From Lama glama (Eukaryota), in NCBI GenBank assembly GCA_028534125.1, contig JAPYYK010000093.1, forward strand, positions 372,001-436,000: a stretch of 64,000 nucleotides of DNA. The letters run 5' to 3'. The notes below the pieces were generated by a model. That model was not told the DNA's origin and did no database searches. It worked only from the letters and a program-made list of their open reading frames with translations. Shown here one piece after another: positions 24,161 to 37,368 of the stretch. The position numbers were made by a program, and so were the translations under genes. How positions within the stretch are numbered: position 1 is the stretch's first letter; the number at the start of each line of letters is the position of its first letter.

Positions 24161-24631
24161 TGTTACCCACCCAGGTTTTTGGACTCTTTAATCAATATAA
24201 GTTGAAAGGCCTGATGAGAAATTCAGCAAGGCTTTATTGGGATTTCTACTGCAGCAGAAGGGAGTGAAAACAAGCACCAGGTGCCCTTGCTCCCTGGCTC
24301 AGGGGAGGGCCAGCTGTTCCCTTAAATGGGGTGAAGGTAGGAGCCAGTCCATGGGTGGGGCCATAGGGGTGGCTTAAGCGCTCTGCCCACTCCCCTGGTG
24401 GTGCTGTGTGCAGGGATCATGGGTAGTACCCTGCTTTTGCTCCAGACACCTCAGAAGTGGCAGTCCGGTTTTTGGTCTTTTTGTATCTGGTTCGTTATTT
24501 GCCCCTGCCCCACTTGGGTGCGTGTGTGCAGTTATTTTTAGTCCTTTATAGTTTCTTTGCATTCTGTTGCTCAAGATGTTTATCCAGGTGCAAGCACTGG
24601 AACAAAGGGTCCCAGGTCCCAGCTAGTCCTA
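24161..24631 (-). mobile_element. ERV 3' LTR
   Basis: Colinear with 31893-32342 (shared GGTGGTGCTGTGTGCAGGGATCATGGGTAG, AAAGGGTCCCAGGTCCCAGC); minus-strand AATAAA near 24233. Confidence 0.88.
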
Positions 24632-25459
24632 TTCTCCCAAGGGATTCTACACCCCTTATTCTTAAGGGTTTCGGAGCTGAAGGTCTGTTTTTCTGAAACT
24701 TCTCCTTGCTGGCAAAGGGTTGCAGACCCTAGACTACCCTAGAGGTGTAGAAGTCCCTCCCTGTTTTAAGGACCTGTAGAGGCATGGGCTATACCCTCCA
24801 CTGGAATGGGTTGATGTCCTTGAGCTATTGTTACTGAATTAAGTCGTATGAACCCTGCTTGGGCCCTAGCCTGGCCAGGGCTCTCTGCCTCAGATGGGGA
24901 AGGTTCTTTGTTGGGGTTTGAAACCGAAGGTGAGATCAGCACATCACAAGCTTTATTCAGTGGCTAAAGAATGGAGAAGCGGAAACTAAGTTCACAGATC
25001 AACTTCTTGCCCACCTGGCAGAGTGATTTAATTTAAAGAGTAAAGACAAATGGAGGACTGAGGCTAATGATGGGGAGGCGTATGAATTAAGTTTCCTGGG
25101 GAAGGGGCAGGGCTTTTTCCAGCAAGTGGGGTGCAACCCCGTTTTGTCCTTTTTTGGTCCTTAACATCCAGTCCTGGCCGCCAGTAGGTGTGTCATTTAA
25201 TATGCGAATATATAGTGAAATCATGTAATGAGACTCAGTCTTTTGGAGGTCAGATTCATTGACATCTTGGTCCCAGTTGGTTCCATCTGGGGGCGGGGGT
25301 GTGTGTGTAGCTTCCTTTCGTGTCACTGGATCCTTTAATTTAAAGATGATGTTCACTGCTGCTAAAGGAAGGGGGTGTTGGCAGGTGTTGAGCAGGGACA
25401 CCGCTGCTAAAAATGGGGTTGGAGGGTTGTGAGCAAGGACCTGGAGCAGCTCTGGCAAC

Positions 25460-25870
25460 ACCATTGTGAGAGTTACTTGCAGCTGTTGGAGCCTGGAAGA
25501 CACAAACTTAACCAAAAGTTTAAACAGATAAGGGCCAAAAAGGAGAAGAACAGCAATAGCAACTAAAGGGCACAGAAAGGGAAGGAACCAGGCTACTCTG
25601 GGAGGGCTTCCCTGTTGACCAGACAGTGGAGGCGATATTGCTCCTGCCAAAATTGTGAAGCCATTCGTCTTGGGGGTGTATTTCTTTAATATTAACTCTG
25701 TCTGTCCTGTTGCATTGCTTCAGGTGTAGCAGGAAGTAATTAGTTATCTCACAAATTATGCAATATTTCTGCCAGAAGCAAATCAAGAGCTAGACAATCA
25801 TCCAAAACTATGTTAGCCAAAGAAAAAAAGAGAGGTCTTAAGTTCCGTTAAGGCTTGCCCTGTCTGCTCC
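25460..25870 (-). pseudogene. ERV env TM-subunit remnant
   Basis: EQTGQALTELKTSL/SLANIVLDDCLALDLLLAE (immunosuppressive domain) and WFLPFLCPLVAIAVLLLFGPYLFKLLVKFVSSRLQQLQV (membrane anchor/tail), frameshifted. Confidence 0.85.
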
Positions 25871-26026
25871 ATCCTATAACCAAGCTGTCTGGTGAGATTT
25901 CTGTGTTGCTTCATGGTATGTAAATCTCCCCCTTGGAGCTGCCAGTCCTGTGGCCAGCCCTGCCCAGATAAGATCATTCCAGGTTCGGTGGTGAGCTGGA
26001 GTGGTCCTGTTAGAATAAAAATCCCT

Positions 26027-29000
26027 TTTTTTTTTTTTTTTGCTTTTTTGTAAATTTATATATGTATTTTATAATATTTTTTAAATTGAAGTATAGTTAA
26101 TGTACAGTAATATATATTAGAGGTATTCAACATAGTGATTCACAATTATTAAAGGTTATACTCCATTTATAGTTATAAAATGTTGACTATATTCCCCATG
26201 TTGTACAGTACATACTTGGGGCTTATTTTATTTAAAAAAAAGTTTCATACTTGCATTTTTTTATTTGGTAAAATATCCATAATATGGAAGTTAACCTTTT
26301 AAACATTGGAAGTGTATGGTTCAGCGGCATGAAGTACATTCGCAGTGATGTACAGCTATCACCAATATTTATTTCCACAAGTTTTCCAACATGCAAAAGA
26401 GAAACTCTGTACTCATTGAGCAGTAATCTACTCCCGTCCCCCCGGCTCTGGTAACTTTGATTCTACTTCCTTTCTGCATGAATGTGCCTCTTCCTGGATA
26501 CCTGATGTTAACCATGCCATCATGGAAGTGGAATCTTACGGTATCTGTCCTTTTTTATCTGCCCGATTTCACCTGGCATAATGTTTTGGAGGTTCATGCA
26601 TGCTGTAGCGTGGGTCAGAAGTTCATTCTTTTTCATGGCCGAATCATATTCCATTGTGCGCATACACCATATTTTGTCCACTCATCCGTTGATGGACACC
26701 TGGACTGCTTCCACCTTTTGGCTAGTGTCAGTAATGCTGCTGTGGAACTGTGGGGGTGCAGGTATCTGTTTGAATCCTTGTGTTTACTTCTTTTGGACAT
26801 ATACCCAGGAGTGGAACTGCTGGATCATAGGTTAATTCAGTGTTTTTTTTAGCATTTACATATATTTGTATTGAAGTATAGTCAGTTGACCATGCTGTGT
26901 CAATTTCTGGCATACAGCATACTGCTTCAGTCACACATGAACATACATACCCTCGTTTTCACATTCCTTTCCACTGTAAGTTACTACAAGATATTGAGTA
27001 TAGTTCCCTGTGCTCTATAGTATGCACTTATTGTTAATCTACTTTATGCATATTAGTTAGTATCTGCAAATCTCAAACTCCCAATTTTTCCCTTCCCACC
27101 CTGTTACCCCCCTGGGAACCATAAGTTTGTTTTCTGTGTTTGTGAGTCTGTTTCTGCTTTGTTAAGTTCATTTGTGTTTTGTTTTAGATGCCACGTATAA
27201 GTGATATCATGTGGTACTTTTCTTTCCCTTTCTGGCTTACTTTGCTTAGAATGACAGCCCCCAGGTCCATCCATGCTGCTGCAAACGGCATTATTTTGTG
27301 CTTTTTTACAGCTGAGTTTTATTCCACTGTAGAAATATGCCGCCACTTCTTTATGTAGTCATCTGTTGGACATTTCGGTTGTTTCCACGTCTTGGCTATT
27401 GTAAATAGTGCTGCTGTGAGCGTTGGGGTGCATGTATCTTTTCGAATTAGACTTCCCTCTGGATATATGCCCAGGAGTGCGAATGGTGGATCATCCGGTA
27501 AGGCTATTTGTAGTGTTTTGAAGAATCTCTGTACTGTTTTCCATAAGGGCTGCACCAAGCTGCATTCCCCCGAGCAGTGTAGGAGGGTTCCCTTCTCCCC
27601 ACACCCTCTCCACCATTTGTCGTTTGTGGACTTTTGAATGATGGCCATTCAGACTGGTTTTGATGTGGCTTTCTCTGACAGCGATATTGAGCTTTTTTCA
27701 TGTGCCTGTTGGCCATTTGTGTGTCTCCTTTGGCGAATTGCTTGCTGGGTCCTCGGCCTTGGAATTGGTTGTTGGTTTGCTTTTTTTTAGGATGACATTG
27801 TACAAGCTGTTTCTGTATTCTGGATGTTAAGCCCTTGTCAGTCTCATCTTTTGCAAATATTTTCTCTCATTCCTTAGGTTTTCTTTTTGCTTTGCTTACA
27901 GTTTCCTTTGCTGTGCGAAAGCTTGTAAGTCTAATTAGGTCCCATTTATTTTTGCTTTTCTTTCTACTGCCTGGGTAGACTGCCATAGGAGAACATTGCT
28001 GAGATTTGTGTCAGAGAATGTTTTGCTTACATTTTCTTCTAAGAGGTTTATAGTGTCTTATGTTAGGTGTCAGTCTTTAAGCCATTTTGAGTTTATTTTT
28101 GGGTATGGTGTGAGGGAGTATTGTAACTTCATGCATTTACATGCAGCTGTCCAGTTTCCTCAAACCCATTTGCTGAAGGGACTGTCTTTAGTCCAGTGTA
28201 TGTCCTTGCCTCCTGTGTCAAAGATTAATTGACCAAAAGTGTATGGGTTTGTTTCTGGGCTCACTGTTCTGTTCCACTGATCCGTGTGTCTGTTCTTGTA
28301 CTAGTACCATGCTGTTTTGATTAGTGGGGATCTGTAGTATTGTCTGAAGCCTGGGAGGGTTATTCCTCCCAGCTTCATTCTTTTTCTTCAGTATTGCTTT
28401 GGCAATTCTGGGTCTTTTGTGATTCCATGTAAATTTTAGGATTAGTTGTTCCAGTTCTGTGAAAAATGGCCTGGGTAATTTGAGAGGGGTCGCATGAAAT
28501 CTGTAGATAGCTTTGGGGTCATATGGTCATTTTAATAATGTTAACTCTTCCAATCCAAGAACGTGGGATAGCTTTCCATTTCTTGGTCATCTTTAATTTC
28601 CTTAGTCAATGTTTTTTCAGTGTTTAACTTTTGGAGGAACTGCCAAAGTGCTTTCTATAGCATCTGACCACAGCCATGCACAAAGGACAATGTTTTCTAC
28701 TTTTTTCTCTTCTACAAACATTAATGTATGTATTCATTTTAGAATATCCTGATTTTTTACATGCAAGTATAGCTGGTGTACAATATTGTTTGTTACAGGT
28801 ATACACGATAGGGATTCACCATTTTTAAAGGTTATACTTCACTCACCAGTAGTAGAAAATAGCGGCTATATTCCCCATGTTGTGCAGTACATCCTTGTAG
28901 CTCATTTTACACCTGATAGTTTGTTCCTCTCCATCCTCCATGTCTTGCCTCTCCCCCTCCGAAACCACCAGTTCCTTCTCCACATTTATGCGTGTTTCTT

Positions 29001-30630
29001 TTTTGTTATATTTACTAGTTTGTTGTATTTTCTGTATATTCCATATTTAAGTGACATATGACAGTATGTCTTTCTCTGTCAGGCTTATTTCACTTTAGAC
29101 AATGCCCTCTACATCCATCCATGCTCTACAGTAGAAACTAACGTAACATTTTAACTGTGCTTCATTTGAAAAGAAAACAACCAATCTGAAATATGGGCAG
29201 AACTGAACACACATTTTTCCAAGAGAGGAAATATACGTGGCCCACAGGAACGTGAAAAGCTGCTCAACATCACCAATATGAGGGTAATGGAAATCAAAAT
29301 CACAATGATACAGTATCTCACACTTATCAGAACGGCTAGCATCAAAAAGAACACAAATTAGGGATGTTCACAAAGATGCGGAGAAAAGAGAACACTTGTA
29401 TACTGTTGGTGTGAATGTACATTCCGTGCAGCCACAATAGAAAGCAATATAGAGGCTTCTCAAAAACCAAAGAAGAATGAACCATGATATGGTTCAGCAC
29501 ATCTCTTCCTGGGCATAACACTGGAGAAAAACAAAAACATTAATTCAAAAGGATACCTACACCCTGCTATTAAGAATAGCAGTATTATCAATTTTTAATT
29601 GAAGTACAGCCAACTAGAATGCATCAATTTCTGGTGTACAGCACAATGTCCCAGTCATAAGAGCAATATTATTTATGATATCCAAGACGTGGAAGCATGC
29701 CAAGTGCACATCAGCAGATGAATGGGTAAAAAAGATGTAGCATATACACTCAGTGGAATACAACTCACATAAAAATGATACTTTGCCATTTGCAGTCGCT
29801 CATTCACAATTTTTTTTTGTTGTTGCACTTTAAAAACCGGAATTTTATAACTGGCGTAAACATTTTCCTTGCATCAAAAACAACAAAATACCTAGAAGTA
29901 AAGTTAACTAAAGGTGTTACCTATATTCTGAAAAGTGTAAAACATTGATGAAGGAACCTGAAGATGATAGAAAGAAATGGAAAGATATTTTGTGCTCTCG
30001 GATTGGAAGAATCAACAGTATCAGTATGGCCATTATTACCCAAAGCAATCTACAGATCCAGTGCAACCACTGTCGTAATATGACATTTGTCATAGAACTA
30101 GAACAAACTGTTGCAAAATTTATTTGGAACCTGAAAAGACCCTGCATTGCCAAAGCAATCTTTTGTAGGCCTTTTTTTTCCTCTTCTTTTTTTAATTTTT
30201 TTCTTGTGGTTTGATGACTAGAGAAGTTCCTTTAACATTTGTTATAAGGCTGGTTTTGTGGTACTAAATTCTTTTAGCTTTTGCTTATCTGTGCTTTTGC
30301 TTTCTCCATCAAATCTGAAGGAGAGCCTTGCTGGATAGAGTATTGCTGGTTGTAAGTTTTTTCACTTGCATCACTCTAAATATATCGTGCCACTCCCTTC
30401 TGGCCTGTAGTTTCTGCTGAAAAATCACCTGATAACCTTATGGGAGTTCCCTTGTACGTTATTTGTTGTTTTTCTCTTGCTGATTTTAATATTTTCTCAT
30501 TCTTAATGTTTGTCAGTTTGATTACTGTGTGCCTTGGTGTTTTCCTCTTTGGGTTGATCCTGTGTGGAACTGCACTTCCTGGACTTGAGTGACTGTTTTC
30601 TTTCCCAAGTTAGGGAAGTTTTCAGTTATT
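26027..30630. mobile_element. Nest of LINE-1 fragments inside the ERV (both orientations)
   Basis: PolyT tail at 26027; L1 3' UTR/ORF2 motifs; ORF2-like peptides (KKWKDILCSRIGRIN; [14 protein letters not shown]). Confidence 0.9.
26846..28615 (-). mobile_element. 5'-truncated L1 inserted into an older L1
   Basis: TSD TTCAGTGTTT at 26836-26845 and 28616-28625, the latter followed by AA (L1 endonuclease site). Confidence 0.75.
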
Positions 30631-30654
30631 AAGACTGGAGTCTTCATAAAGTTT

Positions 30655-30885
30655 TATAAAGGCCTGTACTTATATATGGGAGTCCTCCCCATTTTGGTGA
30701 CTGTTTACAAAATAGGTCCAGTTCTAAAACAGTGTTAAAATGAAGGTATTCATTATGTCACAACTTCTCCTGGTTACCCATGGTATACTGGGGCCAGGCC
30801 GCATTGCAAAAGAAAAGCAGCTTATTCCTTTTTAAACCATGTAAATTATCCCTGGTTGTTCAGAATGCAACCCAGAGGAGGGGCC
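30655..30885 (-). pseudogene. ERV gag matrix remnant
   Basis: Minus translation PPLGCILNN..LKRNKLLFFCNAAWPQY..FNTVLELDLFCK..KW..LPY, a typical class I MA motif, with stop/frameshift. Confidence 0.8.
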
Positions 30886-31867
30886 TTAGGGTTGTTTTTC
30901 ATGTTCACATATAAATTTGGGGCAGACAACTAGAGATCCCAGGGGTTGAATGGAGTTGAGACTTAATGTAATGACAAAGGGGATCACAGAGCTCCCTCCC
31001 CAGAGTTAGTGACACAGACGACGAGTCTCCAGGATGAAAGGGACAGGGACAGGGGTGTAGGTTTGAGATGCAAGGGAGAGGTAAAGGGAGGAGGGACAGA
31101 AAAGACTAAAAAAAGGAGAGAGATTGCTGTTTCACCTCACCCCTGTGGGTGGCTCTTGAAGCACCAGCCTGCACGCTGTCAGAAAGGGCCAGTGATGGAG
31201 CACCCTGCCTGCTGCTTGCCTGGGTGACTTTTGCTGGGAACCAGCCATTTGTATATCTGTGGAATTCTAACCCACAGGTGAGGTTTGTACCCACCACTCA
31301 TACATCCATCTGTGGGACTTAAACCGACAGGTTTATAAAGAAATCTGCCACTTCAGCCCATTCTGACAGGACTTTAGTGGCAGGACAGTGAAGGTAAGAA
31401 TATTGTGATGATCTTTTAGTCACTATACAATGTAAGAGCTGAATCTCCATCACTCTTAGAAATCTTGAGACCGAGGTCTGCACGGTATGAAGCAAGCTTT
31501 TTTCCCCCTCTCATCCAGGGTGAGCTGTTGCCGGCCAGAGGCAGCCTGGTCTCGCAGACTGAGAGGAGTAATACTGTAGTTCCCGACGGCTACTCTCTCA
31601 GGATAGGACAGAGAAACGCGGGAGGCCAGGAGAGAACAGAGAAAGTAGAGTAGTATCAGGAGAGGGAAAAGGACAAAGAGGGAAGGGAGAGTGGGGAGGG
31701 GAAAGGTGTTGCCTGATTGGCAGTACTGAGGCCCTCAGGGGCCAGGAAGCAAACGTGGTGATGCTGAAACAAAAGGGTCAGGCAGCCAGCTGCTTGTCAC
31801 CCCGGGGGAAGCTGCCTTCAGTGGTCCTGGAGGTGCTCCTGGGGAGGGGACAAAAGGCCCCATAGGA

Positions 31868-31885
31868 GTCCCAGTGGAGTTGCCA
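31868..31885 (-). other. Primer-binding site, tRNA-Arg(TCT)-like
   Basis: Minus strand TGGCAACTCCACTGGGAC vs TGGCGACTCCGCCGGGAC; all three differences are CpG transitions; 7 nt inside the 5' LTR. Confidence 0.7.
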
Positions 31886-31892
31886 CACGGTA

Positions 31893-32342
31893 AGTTGCTG
31901 ACCCGGGTTCTTGGGCTTTTTAATCAATAGAAATTGAAATGAGGCCTCTCGATAAATTCAGGTAAAGCTTTATTGGGACTCATGCTCTAGCAGGAAGGAG
32001 CAGAAACAAGTAAGATGCCCTTACTTGCTCCCTGAGGAGGGGTGAGCTGGTCCCTTCAGTAGGATGAGGGTAATGGTGAATGCATGGGCCAGAGAGGTGT
32101 CGTAGGGGGTCTGCCCACCCCGCTGGTGGTGCTGTGTGCAGGGATCATGGGTAGCACCCTGCTTTTGTTCCAGACACTTCAGAAGTAGCAGCTGAGTTTT
32201 TGGTCTTTTTGTATCTAATTAATTTGCTCCAACCATGTGTGCAGAAATTTTTAGTCCCTTATAATTTCTTTGTGTTGCTCCAGGAGACATTTGTCCAGGT
32301 GTAAGCACTGCAGCAAAGGGTCCCAGGTCCCAGCCTGTCTCA
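31893..32342 (-). mobile_element. ERV 5' LTR
   Basis: Homologous to 24161-24631, ends in ..TGTCTCA followed by the CTAG TSD. Confidence 0.88.
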
Positions 32343-32493
32343 CTAGATCTTGCTAGTGAGACACCTTCCTAGAAGTCTTAGAGCCTCAGTTTTTAATTTT
32401 TTTAAGGATGCTGTACTGTGGTGAGGGTTAAGGTAGTTTCCATGTGACTGAGTGGATTCTGTAGGGCCTTTAGGGCTACTGACATGCAAAGTA

Positions 32494-32715
32494 CAGTTGA
32501 CCCCTGAACAACCCCAGTTTGAACTGTACGGGGCCCACTTACATGTGGATTTTTTCCAGTAACTAGTACTACAGTACTGCAGGATCCCGGGTTTGTTGAA
32601 TTCACAGATGAGGAACTGTGGCCAAAACAGATGGGTGAACTGTAAAGTTTTACCTGGATTTTTCTGCTGCAGAGGGTCAGGGGTCCCTAACCTCTGTTTA
32701 TTCAAGTGTCAACTG
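32494..32715. mobile_element. Tigger-family MITE (MER8/Tigger2-like)
   Basis: TA|CAGTTGACCCCTGAACAA ... TTATTCAAGTGTCAACTG terminal inverted repeats. Confidence 0.75.
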
Positions 32716-33641
32716 TGTTTGCTGGATAATACAATTTCTGGGCTAAATGCAATGAACAACATAAAATTGGGTAACGTGGAAAAGAATGTGAGCGGGCAGC
32801 CTCACTGAGGGGGTGACATTTGAGCTAAATGACAAAGGAGGCAGCCATGGGAACCTCTAGGGCAGAGCATTCCAGGTAGGAACAAGCTTGCCGAGTTTGA
32901 GGAGTATCAAGGAGGCCAGTGTGATACAGTGGAGGGGTGGATTTAGGGTGTTTAAGAGGTAGAGCCTACTGTCTTGTTTTGTTCTATTGGGGGGAAAGGG
33001 GCAAAGGGGTCCAACAGCAGAGAGTGGGCCTGAAGCTGGACCACTCCCCTCTCAAGGGTGAGTGGTGCCATGCATCCTCGTGTGACCTGTACATGGTTGT
33101 ATTTCCAGTCTCATGCGGTGTGCCGGGAGGAACCACTGCTTTTCCTATTCTACAGATGAGAAAACTGAGGTCTGAAAGGGGGCAAAAGTTGTAAGCTTAG
33201 TAACAGAAGTACCAGCCTTCAACCTGTGTTCCTCCATCGACCAGCCTGGGTGCCTGCATGCATTGGGAGTGTCTTTTTTCCCCATTTTGGGGCTCTCAGA
33301 GCCTTCGTGGCACTGGACTCTATAGTTGTCTGTCACACCTGATGCCAGCAGATCACACGGTGGTGGGTGCCCGTCCCACATCTGCTTGGAGGAGAGATGA
33401 CCCAGCTGTGTGGGTAGGGGTCTCCGGGGGTGGAGGAGTGGAGACGCACAGGCCTCCTTTGTCTTGGCTGCCCTGTGGAATGTTGCTGGAGGTGAGCCTG
33501 AGGCTGGTCTGGATGCAGACACCAAGTCCCTGCATATATGAGTGGCAGGGCTCCCTGGGAAACACCCTGGGCCCCATCACCAGGTCTAGGTGGGTCCATG
33601 TGGGTCACTCTGCCCCTTCTCATGGCTGAGAGTTGGCCCCT

Positions 33642-33682
33642 CTAAATATAGCACAGTGGGCTGAGCTCAGGCCTATTTTCAG
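33642..33682 (+). promoter_or_regulatory. LSMEM2 core promoter: MEF2/TATA composite
   Basis: CTAAATATAG (exact CTA(A/T)4TAG) at 33642-33651 plus near-match CTATTTTCAG, about 150 bp upstream of the ATG. Confidence 0.6.
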
Positions 33683-33796
33683 CCCAGGCTGGGAGGTGGC
33701 CAGGCCTTCCCCAGGCTCTCAGAGGAGCCACTGCTGCCTCCATCCAGTCCTGCAACTGGGCTCTGTCATCGGCCCCCTGCTTGCCCACCATTCGCC

Positions 33797-36455
<2,659 letters not shown>

Positions 36456-37368
36456 GATGCCACTTGGGCCTGGGGCCTGGGGCCACGTGCAGGGGGGGAA
36501 TAAAGTGGCTGTTCGTAGGTTTCTCCTCTCCCACTGCTGCTTCACGCTACTTCCTTGGTGAGGTTTTTGTACAAGAGCCCGGTCTGACCCTACAGCTGCC
36601 TGCCTTGGCTTCTAGGCTAGGCCTAGTCAAGCCTTCTGGTGCCAAGGCCCTACTTTGGGTGGCCCAAGGTCAGAGGAAGCGACACCAGCCTCCTGGCTCC
36701 TCTTGTGGCCTGTCAGCACCCTCTGGCCTCCCCCAGATAACAGGTTCAGAAGCCTAGAAATAGCTGCCTACCCCCATCACCTAAACTTTGCCAGGCCTCC
36801 CAGTGGGGGTCCAGCCTCAGCTCTCAAAAGACAGGCTGGCCACCTGGGAAGAGACTATCTTGGAGGGCAAAGGTGAGACGGGGAGGCCCAGCTGGTCCCA
36901 AGCCTGTGATGGTGGAGAGGGAGGGCGTACAGGTAGAAAGACCCAGAAGCCAGGGCCACAGAAGGCTGAGCATTCTGTTTAATTAATTATATCTAATAAT
37001 CTTTTAAAAATTAGCACATAAATCCATTCCTCCCCACCTGTTGTAGTGGCATCTGTCCAAACACCACCCCCACCCCCAGGAAGTGGCTCATCCCAGGGCA
37101 GCAAGGCCTGAGAAAGTAATAAACAGCCCTTTTCTTCCTGCCCCACAGCCCTGAGACAGGGCAGGAAGAGGCCACAGGGCAGAGTGCAGGGGCAAAGTGC
37201 CAGGATACCAAGCAACCTGGCCTCCAGCCACCCACCCCCATGTCTGTTTTTTGGTTTTGTCATTAAAAAAATGAAGCGACAATTCCTGGCAAGATCCAGG
37301 GGTTGCACTGTCTTCTGTTAAAAATATGGGCAAGGATGTGGACAGTCGCCTCTTGAGCTGGTCCCACC

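Larger units (their letters stand above)
24161..32342 (-). mobile_element. Class I (gamma-like/ERV1) endogenous retrovirus, defective, two LTRs
   Basis: TG..CA ends with 4-bp TSD CTAG (24157-24160 and 32343-32346); homologous LTRs; PBS; gag and env remnants on the minus strand. Confidence 0.9.

Noticed and set aside
25087-25650. 187-aa ORF with env TM segment as a possible syncytin-like gene
   Set aside because: TTG start, ISD in another frame, no signal peptide or SU domain; a decayed env
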